A stretch of 63,969 nucleotides of DNA, filler included, from Blastocystis sp. subtype 4 (lineage: Eukaryota): NCBI RefSeq assembly GCF_000743755.1. It is 3 parts of 3 records of this genome, joined end to end, with 100 filler letters (N's around TTAATTAATTAA, not from the genome) between each part and the next. Parts side by side here need not be neighbours in the genome. Positions count along the whole stretch, not along the records: positions 25,966 to 51,813 come from NW_014569395.1; positions 51,914 to 63,969 come from NW_014569248.1; 1 more part is not named here. One strand, given 5' to 3'. The notes under the pieces are model-generated. The model did not search any database, was not told the origin of the DNA, and saw only the letters and a list, made by a program, of their open reading frames with translations. Each line of letters begins with the position of its first letter. Within the stretch, counting starts at the first letter, position 1. A program made the position numbers and the translations under genes. This document shows, one piece after another, positions 48,246 through 61,137 of the stretch.

Positions 48246-51200
48246 ATGTCTCGCAGAGTTCCACTTCCTCTGATACAAAAGTTGCAGAGCAATCCTAATC
48301 ATGTCAGAAACATCTGTATTCTGGCTCATGTGGATCATGGAAAGACAACGTTGTCTTTTCTTTATTCTGTTTATTTCTAGTCTCGCTGATGGCCTAATTA
48401 GCTCCAATGGGATTATTTCGACGCGATTAGCAGGTGAAATACGATATATGGACAGTTGGTAATGGATTTATTGGAATATAAGATGAATTAGGGAAGAAGA
48501 ACAGAAGCGAGGGATTACAATGAAATCAAGTTCTATTTCACTGTTCTTTGAAGATGAAACAGCAGTGACAGATGAGCAGTCAGGAGAGAAAGTGACTAAA
48601 AGAGTTCCTTATCTGATCAACTTGGTAGATTCTCCTGGACATATTGACTTCAGTTCAGATGTTTCTGCTGCTGTTGAAATTCCTCATCTTCTTTTACAAC
48701 TAGGTACGATTATGTGATGGTTGTCTTGTGGTTGTTGATGCTATTGAGGGAGTGTGTACACAAACACTTACGGTCATTCAGCAAGCTTTTCAAGAAGGAG
48801 TGAAGCCAATTCTCATCATCAACAAGATTGATCGACTGATTCTCCATCTAAAACAGACACCTCAGGATGCTTATCAGCATATCCGTAATATTATTGAGCA
48901 GGTCAATGCATGCATTAGTAGTCTGTATACTGCTGAGGTTATTAGTAATACAGCCACCACAGTATGAACAATCTTCCACTCACTTATCTAGTCCTATATT
49001 ATCGATAGTGATAAGGAGGAGCAGCTATTTGTATCTCCAGCCAATGGAACTGTGCTATTTGCGAGTGCTGCTCATGGCTGGTGTTTCTCTCTTCGTCAAT
49101 TTGCTGATCTCTATGCTCCTATTCTAGGTATAAGTAAAGCTAAACTTATGAAGTATATGTGGGGTGACTATGTATACAATGCAAAGACTAAGACTGTCTC
49201 TACATGGACCTTAGCTAGTTCATCTCCTCCCATCTTTGTTAAGATGGTGTTATCTACACTGTGGAAAGTATATAAGAGTGTTTATCAACGGAATGAAGAA
49301 ACATTGAAGACAATTCTCAACACTATTCAAATCACACTCACTCCTCGAGAACTTAAAACTAATGACGATGGAACTCTCGTGAAGCTCATTATGTCGCGAT
49401 GGCTGCCATTGTATAAGGCAATATTAAGTAAGATCATACTCTTTTGATAACCTGTAGAGACTGTAGTGAAGATTCTTCCATCTCCTTCTTTAGCTCAAAT
49501 TGCACGATATGATTGGATATGGGATCCGCTTGTACGGAAGCAAGGTAGTCTTTATTGAAACGATTAAATAATAGTTCGGGATCTCGAAGATCAAGCTGAT
49601 GATACAGCAAACTCTCTTCTTTCCTTTAAAAAGAGTTTTGAGACTTGTCAATGCGATGGTCCTCTTATGGTATATATTTGTAAACTGTTTTCTGTTCGAG
49701 GATGTGATATTGTTGGAATGCCTGTTTGTATGTTCATTGATATTTCACATATTAGACAGATCAAAATAAGGATTATGAGATTGCGTTGTGTCGATCTTTC
49801 AGTGGTCGAATCACAAAGGATACGCCTCTTTATATCATCCCTTATCATAATGAGTTGAGATTGAAGGATCTTCTTAATCATAGTGATTCATCAGTCATAC
49901 CTACTGCTATCACAACACCAATTCAACTGTATTTTTATTTCCTCTTCATTATACATAGATTCCTTCTCATGGGAAGAGAAATTATTGCTGTTGATGAAGT
50001 ACCAGCTGGAAACATATTCGGTGTGTATGGATTGGAAGGATCAATCATGAAAATGGGAACACTTTCAAATAATCCAGATTGTCCTTGTCTATCATCTCTT
50101 CGTCTTGCAGTAGGTAATCAATTCTTATTCTTATTCTCAGAGTGATCCAATTGTCCAAATTGCTGTGGAAACAGAGAAACCTAACGATATTCCACTCTTG
50201 TTAGAACAGTTACGTATTCTTGATAACAATGACAGTAGTATACGAGTGTTTCAAATGGTATGTGAACTCAATTGAATGTGATTCCTAGAAGACAGGTGAG
50301 CACATCATTAGTGCTGTTGGAGAACTTCAATTAGATGTGATTATCCATGATCTCAAAAAACGATTGGCTGGTGTAAGTTTGGTTGTATCACCTCCTATTA
50401 TCAATATTCGAGAGAGTTGTGATCTATTACCTGCTTTGGAAGAAGGAAAAGAGCGGCGTATTCCTCCTAGTGTTACTAACACTAATAAGATCTATGCTAA
50501 GGTTTGAGAACACGCAGGAAATGATTTCTAGATGCGAGTATTGCCCATTCCAGCTGAACTAGCCTCATTGTTGTACAAGGCTTCGAAGAATCAAACCCAA
50601 TTGGTTAATTCCATTATGACAATGACTCCTCCTTCAGGGTAATCACGAGTGAAGGGTATGATGGATAGAGAGATTATTCTCTTCTTACAGAGTCTACAAG
50701 AACAGTTTGAGGCATCACCTCTTCTGAAACCCTTCTTCCCGTTTATTGCTCTATTTGGTTACAAGTCAATCGATACCAACATTCTGGTAGTGGATCCAAA
50801 GATTGGAGACAGTAGCGCATTTGTGTTTGGTCGTCAACTTCGTTCTTATTACGAGCAGTTCATCTGGAAGACATCTTCTGTATCGAAGGAGAATGAGGTG
50901 AAGGATACATTACAAGGGAACGAAGTGAGTCAGTATATTCTGCAACAGCTCCATACGCCAATTGCAAATGGTTTCAAACTTGCTTGTGAAAGCGGTTGTA
51001 TTTCTTCTCCTGACTGATCTCTAGGTCCTCTGTGTGGAGAAGTTCTGTGGGGCAATCTGTTCGTTCTGGAAGATTTGTTCTTTTTGCCAGAAGTTGCAAG
51101 TACTGATGATGGTATGACGATACCTGAACAAGAACGGATTCTGGGTGAAATCAATGAACTGGAACACGTTTCTTTTACAATTGAGGAAGTACAAGAGCGT

Positions 51201-51707
51201 CTTCGTTCGATTCAATCAGGTAGTGTGATTACCCTTACTAAGCAGTTGTGTCATCAAGCCTATGAACAGGCTTCAGCTCGTATTGCTGAGCCCATGTATC
51301 GATGTGTCCTTCAATGTAGCAGTGATCAACTGGGAAAGTTGTACACTGTCATCAATCAACGAAGAGGTATTGTGCAGAATGAAGATATTTGGGAGGGAAC
51401 GGATATCTTCACAATCACTTGTTCACTTCCGGTTACTGAAAGTTTGGGTCTTGCAAATGATTTGAGACAGCAGACATCTGGAGCTGTCAATCAACCTCAA
51501 CTACAATTCTCTCATTGGCAGATCCTAGACGAAGATCCGTTTGCTATTCCAGTAACAGAAGAAGAGAAGGAGGAATGGGGAGAAGCGTTTGGTACTCGTA
51601 ATCGTGCAAAACAAATTATCGACAGTATTCGTAAGCGAAAGGGAATGCAGACCGATGAGAAGATTGTAGAGAACGCTGAGAAGCAACGAACCTTAAAAAG
51701 TAAATGA
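48246..51707 (+). CDS. EFL1: Elongation factor-like GTPase EFL1/Ria1
   Basis: [80 protein letters not shown]. Confidence 0.95.
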
Positions 51708-51813
51708 GGAAATTCAGTTGTGTTTCCTTGATTGTTATAACAAACAAGCAACTTCAAGTCACTACAGAAAATGAGACTGGATAAGAGCTAACCGATTCAG
51801 CCACCACGTAATC

Positions 51814-51913
51814 NNNNNNNNNNNNNNNNNNNNNNNNNNNNNNNNNNNNNNNNNNNNTTAATTAATTAANNNNNNNNNNNNNNNNNNNNNNNNNNNNNNN
51901 NNNNNNNNNNNNN
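51814..51913. other. Assembly gap with TTAATTAATTAA stop linker
   Basis: 44 N + TTAATTAATTAA (51858-51869) + 44 N. Confidence 0.97.
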
Positions 51914-52037
51914 AGTAACAGTAGCAATTAGAAGAAGGACCGAAAAAGCAGCACGATACATCATTCCTTGTTGCATTTCTGAGAAGAAAGAAAGAGAATA
52001 AAACCCCGAGCACATCGAATAGTGGAACAAACAATCC

Positions 52038-53833
52038 TTAGCCAACGATTTCACAAGTATCATGGTCAAACCATTTACCAATTCTCAAATATATCTCTTC
52101 CATGTTGGGACGCCGATCCTACAACTAAGGCCTTTTACTAATTCTTACACACTCCTTCATACAGTCAGCAACAACTTCGTAGATTTCTACACATCACTTC
52201 AATAATCCATCATAACCTGGATCTTGCTTCAGTAATGCATTGGGTCTGTAGCGATATCCTTCTTCCATGTCAATTTCCCACTATTCATCACATGTTTCTT
52301 GAATTCTCACAGTAGTACCAACAGTGTTCTTTGATTGATTTCCCTTATATGTCGTAGTTTCCAGATATCCAGTCAATATCTCTCCCACCAAAACACCAAA
52401 AGCATAGACATCAGCCTTCATCAATGTCTTCTTTAGTTCATCCGAATCCATTTTCACGCGATAGTCAATCTTATACAGTTCTGGAGCTCGACTACAATTA
52501 CAAACATAATTCATTCCTACTGTTGCTTGTTCCCAATGTCTCCGACACGTGATACTGTAATATCGACGTCTAAATATCAATTCCATGTAAACAAACTACC
52601 TTCCTCTATCACTTTCGACATGCCAAAATCAGCAATCTTACAGTTTCCATTTACAATAAGAATATTATCAATCTTCAAGTCGCCATGAACAACCCCTTCA
52701 CGGTAGGTATACAGCAATCCAGTGGCAATCTGGTAGATATACAGTTTCTTTGTCATATAATTGATTTTGCACATATTTGCCTTCTTTTTCTGTCCTACGG
52801 GAGTCAAAGGACCCAACAGATCTTCCAGACTTCCCTCAGCCTTTTCCATGATGAATGAGATCACTTCTCTCCCATCTTCATCCTTGTGAATATTGTATCC
52901 ATAATTGCGAATCACATTCTCGTGACACAATTTGGTCATCACCTCCAATTCAAGAAGGATCTGTTTCTTTGGCAACATACCACAAAGACACTCTTTAATA
53001 GCCACTTCATGGTCATTATAGATACTAAACCTAAGGAACAGTAGTATTCATCACCCTTTATAGACAACACCACAGGCTCCTCCACCAATGAATTTTAATT
53101 TCTTATACTTTTCTGAAGGAATCATATATGTACAATCTACTCTTCAAAAGACGGATTCCTGATACCTTTCATTCTAGAAATGAGGAGGCAGAAATAGAGT
53201 ATACGCATGCAATACAGGTGGAGTATGGGAAAAGACACTCGAAAGGTCATTGATGAGACCGCAAAGACCTGCTTTCTTTTCAGATAATTCTCACCATATT
53301 CGATTACTTTATTGTTCACCCAATCTCTCATATATGGAGTACATACCTTGTTACTATCGAGGTTCAAAAAGGGACAATCTTGGTTCACAATAAGACCTAT
53401 AGATAAGAGGCGATTTGATGTCTCACTTTGGTCATAAAAAAGGAAAACATCTGGACACTGATTATACGTCGCATCATAGGGATTAATACAAATCTTGATT
53501 GGAACTGCATACAATTCTCGGTCTGTATAACAAGCAACAGACAGAACTAGACTGAGATAGTCATTCGAACTTCCTTTGCGAGGAACTAGATTAATCAATC
53601 AAAAGTGAATATACTGTGAAAGGCATCGTAGATATATATCTTCTTGTTCGTGACTAAGGCATACAAGTCCTGAATCAAAACTTTACACTAGGAGTCATTA
53701 GAATTGTGGTAGTATACCCTTGCGAAATTTGGGTCATCCAATATTACATCAACAATCGATGAAAATCGGTCTTTCTGCGATTCCGCATCCTCATCTGTAT
53801 GAAACTCTAAACAGTTTTGAACAGTGTAGCCAT
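52038..53833 (-). CDS. Non-RD protein kinase with UEV-like N-terminal domain (K1)
   Basis: GGGACGVVYK, VAIKE, HGDLKIDNILI, KIADFG, APE, DVYAFG, RRPNMEEI; stop TAA at 52040-52038. Confidence 0.85.
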
Positions 53834-54391
53834 TTCCTGAAGACATTATCGAAATTAGTTTTACACTATATAATGAAACTTGTGGGAGTTACGTCATTCT
53901 ACATAAGGGTAAATAATAGCTATTTGTCTTTCTACTAGGTACTTCTCCTACAACAGAATCAATAGATTAATTGTTTCTAGAGAATGTGATGAAACGTATT
54001 AGGAAGCAATCACTTCGCAATGGGTTGTCCTCCAATATTATATATTATTGTACATTAAATGGCTATGCAGAATTCTCTATCCTCAGATATTGATTCAAAA
54101 GTATTATAAAACCTCGAGCACATGTACAACGGTATAATGAAACCAGTAATACTTTCAAAACCATTGCTACAGTTGATTTAGTACTATCATTAACGTATTC
54201 GTAGGCGCATAACTGATGTGATTTTCCTCTTCACCAAACCTTGCATTATTGTTGTAATAGTCATTGGTCCACATTGAGCGATAGGAGAATCATTATGAGA
54301 ATGATGCAGTATTCACAAAAATAACGGGTATTCCAAGAAGATAAACTATTTTGTCTTCGGCATATCTCACTTTTCTTCTTATTGTGTAATT

Positions 54392-55154
54392 ATGTCTTGT
54401 AAGAGTTGCTTATCGGCTACGGGAGTGGTCATTATCAATGTGTTCAATGCGATTCTGTTAGTGGTATTGTTCCATATTGAATTCCCATTATTAGGTTGGT
54501 TTGGTCATGATAGGAGCAACCGGTTACTTCTGGAGTGCTGTTGTATCGATGTTGGGTAATTTCTTACGAATAGCAAAAATCCATGGGAACGAACATCTAC
54601 ATCGGTCTGGGAACAGGATTTGTTACATTTGTAGGAGAATTTTCTAGTGTTTCCTGTAGTTCTTCCCTATGCTTATTGTATGTGGTAGTTACAAATCTCG
54701 TTGCTTCCTCATTTTTGTATGCAGTTATGATTGTTATTGAGATAGGATAATATCGTGTTGATTCTTCTTACCATCGCAGAGAGTGTTTTTGTAGCCCTCT
54801 ACAGTACTCCAAGTACAGAAGAGAATATTAAGAAGCTTCTAAACCTCCCTGAAAGTTATATTAAGTATTTGGACGATCATTTGGTGTTTGCAGTACTTAA
54901 GAAAGATTACAAGTAGATTGGTAATTGCAGTTGCTGGAGCCATTGTTGGAATTCAATTCCTGACTATCATTATTCAAGGTATTCGTGCAAGTGAGCTGAA
55001 GAGAGATAAAATGCTTGAAGAGCCGTTAGTTGAAGATGTAGTTGTCATGAGGATCGTCGATGTATAGGTTGAGAGTAAGAAGAGTACTTATCGCGAAAAG
55101 GCGATCGAGAAATATGAATTAGGAAATTACCTGAATAATTCATCACAAATGTAG
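54392..55154 (+). CDS. Small multi-TM (tetraspanin-like) protein
   Basis: Four hydrophobic segments across short exons; C-terminal YREKAIEKYELG. Confidence 0.45.
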
Positions 55155-55176
55155 TTTGCTGCCGAAAACATGTTTG

Positions 55177-57460
55177 TTAGATATCCAGTAATTCAATTGT
55201 TCCATCATCTCGCCACAGTCCATAGAGGTTTGTATTGATCCATCCATTCATTTCCTCACTGCTTCCTGTTGACGACAAAGCAACGCCACGCATCCAGATT
55301 TCACCTCGTCCTTGACATGACGAGCACAACAGGACATGAGTATTAGAGTTATGGGAAGGATCCATCACATCTTCTTCGAATTCTTCAGCCATTTCTTCTT
55401 CTGAACTCACTCCACGCACCTGGAGACGATCTGTGATGTGTAATCGACGAGATGGAACAGATCGCATCTTCGTATAAGGATAATCGAACATAGTACCATG
55501 ACCTCCATTCCCATTAGTGGTCCTCCTACATGACCGAAGGTATTATTGTCTTTGAAGGAGGACGAAAAGAGGAGATTCCCCAACTCTTGATGAGCATAGG
55601 CCTGGATTACAGGACACCTATCATTTACTTATCTATTCGATACATACAACAGAAAAGCACGAAGAAAGAGAATACAGTTGCATGTCGGTAGGTCATTCAT
55701 GTTCACTACAAGCTGAAGACGATCCATTCCTGTCTGAATGAGTAGTGGTTTTATCAGACGCTCTGCTGGATCGATTGGAAGTGTATTTGTGTTTAGAATC
55801 ACATTCTTCTAGCGATTACATTGGCATCCACCACCTACTCGTCGAATAAACTCTTTCCACACCTGCTGTTGAGTGGATGCTTTGAGTGAATTAATCGAGT
55901 TTATGATCCAGTCTGACATTTCAAAGCACTGAATATCATTTGTTAATACAACTGAGGGACGCACTTCCATGAAGAGTGTCTCACGTCTGATGGCATCCTT
56001 TTGATTACTCTCTCATTTCTCACATACTGATGCATACACAATCGCTCCTTTCTCTTGAAGGATCATAATTTCCATCAATAGTTCTTCAATGGCACTCAGT
56101 GGTCTTTCAGCCAAAAACACTAACTCTTGATTTGTAGGTAAGATCCGTTGCTTCCATAGGTCACACTGAGAAAGGAGCTGCAGATGTGTACGAGTGGTAG
56201 TCTACTTTGAATGTATCTATATTGCACTACATGAATGCTTTGTGTGCGACTAGTTGAGATCAGAATGACAGCAGTATCAAGGAGGCCTGGATCATAGGCA
56301 AGGAAAGGAAACACTAAGGTCTCTACAGGTTCTTCCGAATCATTGTCGTCGTAATCATCCACACTAGCAATATGAAAGGCACGCTCCTTCTTCATCTGTT
56401 TCCGAACTAAACGAAGTCGTCTTCGTCGTGAGGTTACCTGAGGAGAGTTTAGGGGAGGAGGTTGGAGACGTCTATCTTCGGTCTGTGGTGGTGCTTCGAC
56501 AACTCGAGTTCTCTCCTGTCGTGTTATCTACTCAGGACTTTTCCATTTCTTATATACAGTAATAGTTGGGTTCAACAGATCAGTACTCTGATACAGAGTA
56601 ATACTAAAGAGTTCTGCCACTTTCTGAGAGCTTTCGGATATCCATGGATCATTCTAGATGAGAATACTGCGACAATCTAACAAGAATGATAGTTGTAAGA
56701 CTCGTCATCACCGTAGGATCATCCCGAATTAAGGATAACAACACCTCAGCAAATTCCGAAGTTGTGACGATCGTGGTGACACCATATTTCTCGATCTGGG
56801 TTCTATATTAGAGAGCAATAGAATGAATTACTTGATCTGGGATGGAGAAAGGAGGGGAGAGAGGGAGAGAATCGTTCCTCCAATTGACCACATGGCGAAG
56901 TGAGATATGAGACTAAGAGAAGAAGGAGGGAGGAGAACAGCCAGATAGAGTTGCTGAAAATCAGGAGAATGAATCAATACAACTGGTGAATTATCGATAC
57001 GACAACAATCAGGTGATGCTGAGTAGAGTCGAAGTGTGGTAATTCGGGTTGCAAGGGTTAATATATCCTCCAATACTTCAATGTATCTAATTTGAATGCA
57101 GTTCATTAACATACGATTGCCACATCGGAGTGCATTGGGTATCGGTTACATTTTTTACACATTTCATATTCTCTTTGGATTGGAAATTGTCTCTATACGT
57201 TAGATTGTGGAAACAATTATACAGAAAGAGATCAAATACATTACGGATAGCTGAAGGACGGAAATAATTATGTTCCATCATTTCCTCTTCATCTACTATA
57301 TGGATTGGACAAGGTAACCCTTTCTGCGCTTGGGGATTCGCAACTGCTACCACTGTTTCTCCACTTATTCTCGTATATCGTTTCTCTGAAATGAGATTAA
57401 GTAGTTCGTATTCCGATAACATTAGTGGAGGAGGAGGGATAGAAATCGGCTTCGTCAGAT
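55177..57460 (-). CDS. Hypothetical protein (multi-exon)
   Basis: Chain of minus-strand exons (57087-, 56828-, 56120-, 55177-); start uncertain. Confidence 0.45.
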
Positions 57461-57524
57461 TGATCCCTTTCAATTCGGGACTATTTTTGTCACCGAAAAA
57501 GATCCACTCTGAAACAAACACAAA

Positions 57525-59157
57525 CATCCCATAATAGTGATTTCTGGAGTAGCGTGCTGATACCAATGCTCAATAAGAGAAAAATTGTCTCCATGAGAGG
57601 GCGTTGTGCGAAATCCTCTAAACAACTCCCAACAATCTGATAGATTTCTACTCATGAACCCTGTTACCCAGCTTTCACCATTATCTTGTCGTAGCCCTGA
57701 ATAGGTGGAAACACGGAAGAGACTTCTTTCCATAATATACTTTCTGTTAATGTATTCATAGATTGTTTTGTATCCTATGAGAATGTCCATGATAAGAATA
57801 CCAAAAAATAAACATCTTCCTTTCGTTGCAGATCTTGCTTTTCATCAAATGAAAAAGAGAATAATTCACAGTTTCTTGAATGAGACGATCGGCTATTATG
57901 AAATTAATTATCAATGTGTACTGCATCACATTTCCATGATTCAATTGTGTATCCCTAATTTCATAAGCCCTGATATAGCAGGAACTATATCCAAAGTCAG
58001 CAATTTTTGGAACTCCATTCACCATCAAGAAGTTTTCAGGCTATCCTATCAGATGATCATTTTCTCTCACCTTCAGATCATGATGACAAACACATAGTTC
58101 AGCCGTATATTTGAGGCCACAAGTTATTTGATATATTATCCATTTTCGTTGTTGGAATGTCACATGGTTGTCCTCATTCTCTAATATATGCTTTCAAACT
58201 GCAACATCCCATTCCATCACAAAGTAGTAATAGTTATCTTGCATGTAGATGCAATGAGTACAGATCACATTTGGATGATTCAACATTAGGCCAATCTGAA
58301 CTTCTCGTTCTTGTGAATGCAATTCTGGAATGATGCGTACTCTCTTAATGGCTGCCAGAGTATCCTTATATTCTCTATCTTATACCACGATTTCAGTGCA
58401 TACCCTTTAAATACAACGCCAAAATCACCTTTTCCAAGTAGTACTGTTTCAATCACAACATCTTCAGGAGGGGGTAACTATAACATCCACCAAAGGTGCA
58501 GGTATGAGAATAATACGATTTACTCTAAAGTGAATTCTCAGAACATAGACTTTTTATAAGGAGAGCAGTTGTCAAATACCTCAATCAAGTCTGCAGACAA
58601 TCCTCCAATACTTCCATTCTGTGAATAAACCGTCTCTCCTCCACTTGCAAAGTCAGAATCACAGTTCCATTTCTTCATAAAAGGCGTAAGGATTCTTCGA
58701 TCATTAACAGTATAACCTTTAATATCCGTATTAATGGCATATTCTTGATATCATTATGGCTTCTAAGCAATACCTTCATTGGGAAGCAATTCAACGACCG
58801 GACAGGTACAATCTGCAAACGGATAGATATAATACAGAATAGGATAGAAGATGTTAGGACGTATTGATGGTAGTGTCAACCCAATCTTTAGGAACTTACG
58901 CCTGCTCTCAAATAATTGAACTAGTAATTAGTTGTATAATGGTAATATACCATAATCAACAGTATAGACAACGATAAACTATTTGTTAATTAGATGTTTC
59001 AAAGTTTCTAAATATGGTTTGAGCTTATCATTATCAAGAGATGGTAGTGGTATAAGTCGGAATCCAAGAATCGTACTGTTCAATCGTTGAAAGTATTCCA
59101 ATGTACCAAGCTGTTCGGATATAGTTCGAACAGGATATTTGGAGCGATATCTTGCAT
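57525..59157 (-). CDS. Non-RD protein kinase with UEV-like N-terminal domain (K2; apparent frameshift near C-terminus)
   Basis: LGKGDFGVVF, HPNVI, HHDLK|PENFLMVNGVPKIADFG; C-terminus parallels K1 and K3 only if one base is added at 57580-57584. Confidence 0.75.
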
Positions 59158-59359
59158 TAATAAAGATTAACTGAAACTAATTAAGGTTCCACAATTCGGC
59201 ATTCCTTAGAGCCACATCATAATAATCAAAGATAATTATCAACACGACCACTGAACGTTCGAAGTCCCCAGGAATATCAACTAAATGGAACCAAAATCCT
59301 TAGCCCTCTTATCAAATAAAGGAGTAAGAAATGATGAATACGCAAACAAACAAAACGAC

Positions 59360-60985
59360 TTATTCTCGTTTATGGAAGTGGATCTCAGGGGTCTCTTTAT
59401 TACACCAAACTGAAAGTTTTTCATATACTTCTCCAATAGTGGGCCGATATTCGTAACTTTTAAGACAGTCAGTTACGATAGATTTTATCTCTGTAGTTAA
59501 ACCAAATCAAGAATCAAACCTGGATCCACATCTAATTCGGTGGGAACACTCACTTCGTAGAGATAATCCTCTTGATTCTGCTGAAGACCAGAAATGTATA
59601 TCTTCATGAAATCAAATCCAAGAAGAATATCCAGAATCAGAATTCCAAGGCCATAGATGTCTTCATACTGTTGAATTTGAAGTTTTTCAAATTCTGTGTA
59701 GATTTTCGGTTTTTTACTGTAATGGAGAACACGAACATCATGGGATTGACTATCTCTCAAGCATCCATTTAATTACCCACTGCATTCTATTACCACTAAT
59801 CAATGCAGTCTGTGTAAGATCTATTTATCAGGGATCGTATCACTACTTACCAGAAATCTGACGAGCAATGGACCCTACACCAAAGTCCGAGAGCTTGTAA
59901 ACACCATCAACAAGTAAAATGTTATCAGGCTAAAAATCAGCATAGAGGTAAACCATGACTTTAAGATCATGATGCACAATTCCTCGTTGAAGAGTATATG
60001 ACAAGGCTTCTGCGATTGTAAGAATTATGTTCTTTCTGGTTTCCATTGTTGGAACTGTCTTAGCAAGTTCTTTCTCCAAATCACTTGTAGCCCTCTCCAT
60101 CACAAAATAAGTGGAACCATATTTCTTAAAATAGCCATATGTCTTGATGATATATTTAAAATCAAGTTGGGCGTTGATCTCGATCTCGCGTTCCACTTTC
60201 CTCCGAATCTTCTCTCGGATAAAACATTCTTTAACTGCTACATCCATTCCATTATATTTCCTTTGAGTGAAGTTCATTCCTAATTGATACCCTGCATACA
60301 CTAGTGCATAAGAGCCTTTTCCGATAAGTTGATCATAGTCAATGAATACTGTTGTTGAGTCACTTGGTAATCGAAAGGAGAGAACTACAAATTACTCCTC
60401 AAGAAAGAAGGAACTCTGATTTCTATACGTTAACAATCAAAAAAGAGTTATACTTCATATATGGGTTTATTAAAGAAAATACATTATGTAGATCCTTGAT
60501 TAGAGATCCGAAACTAACATCCTATGTATTATTGCTTCCTATCACTGTAACAAAATCGGGGTCCTCTTCCCATCGTTCCATATACTTTGTTTTCACAGTT
60601 TCACCAACAACATAATCTGCATCTGGATTGATTCCATACACTATTACTAAAAGAGAACATAATGTAATACCTGCGTCAGGAAGGAGAATGATCTTTGGGG
60701 GACTGCTATCAGAATAAGGATATATATGCATAACTAATGGAACATAAAGAATCTTCACTTCTTTAATAATTGGGATAGATAAAAGAATTTGAAGGTAATC
60801 CCGTTCCCCATCAACAAGTCGTACTACAAATAATGCAAGGAGATTAATACAGTACCCAATTCCATTCCGTAGAAAAATATCTCTTGTTTCTCACTCAGTT
60901 CTGAGATTACTTGTAGGTACTGTTCGCACTACAATTTATACAACTAGTAAATATATACAAGACGGAATGAAGGACATGCTGTCAT
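59360..60985 (-). CDS. Non-RD protein kinase with UEV-like N-terminal domain (K3)
   Basis: IGKGSYALVY, VAVKE, HHDLK|PDNILL..YKLSDFG, DIYGLG, RPTIGEV; TGTTTGTT at 59352-59345. Confidence 0.8.
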
Positions 60986-61137
60986 TCTTTGCTTATCTGA
61001 GTTGAACTTATCACTTTGCCGTTTTCTCGATTCGCTATCATGAAAGAGTGCGTATTGTTCAGGTATTCTCTCCATAGGAATTGGTCAGTGAAAAAACAAT
61101 TACAAAGAGACTCTTTGTTATTCAAACAAAAAGGTGA

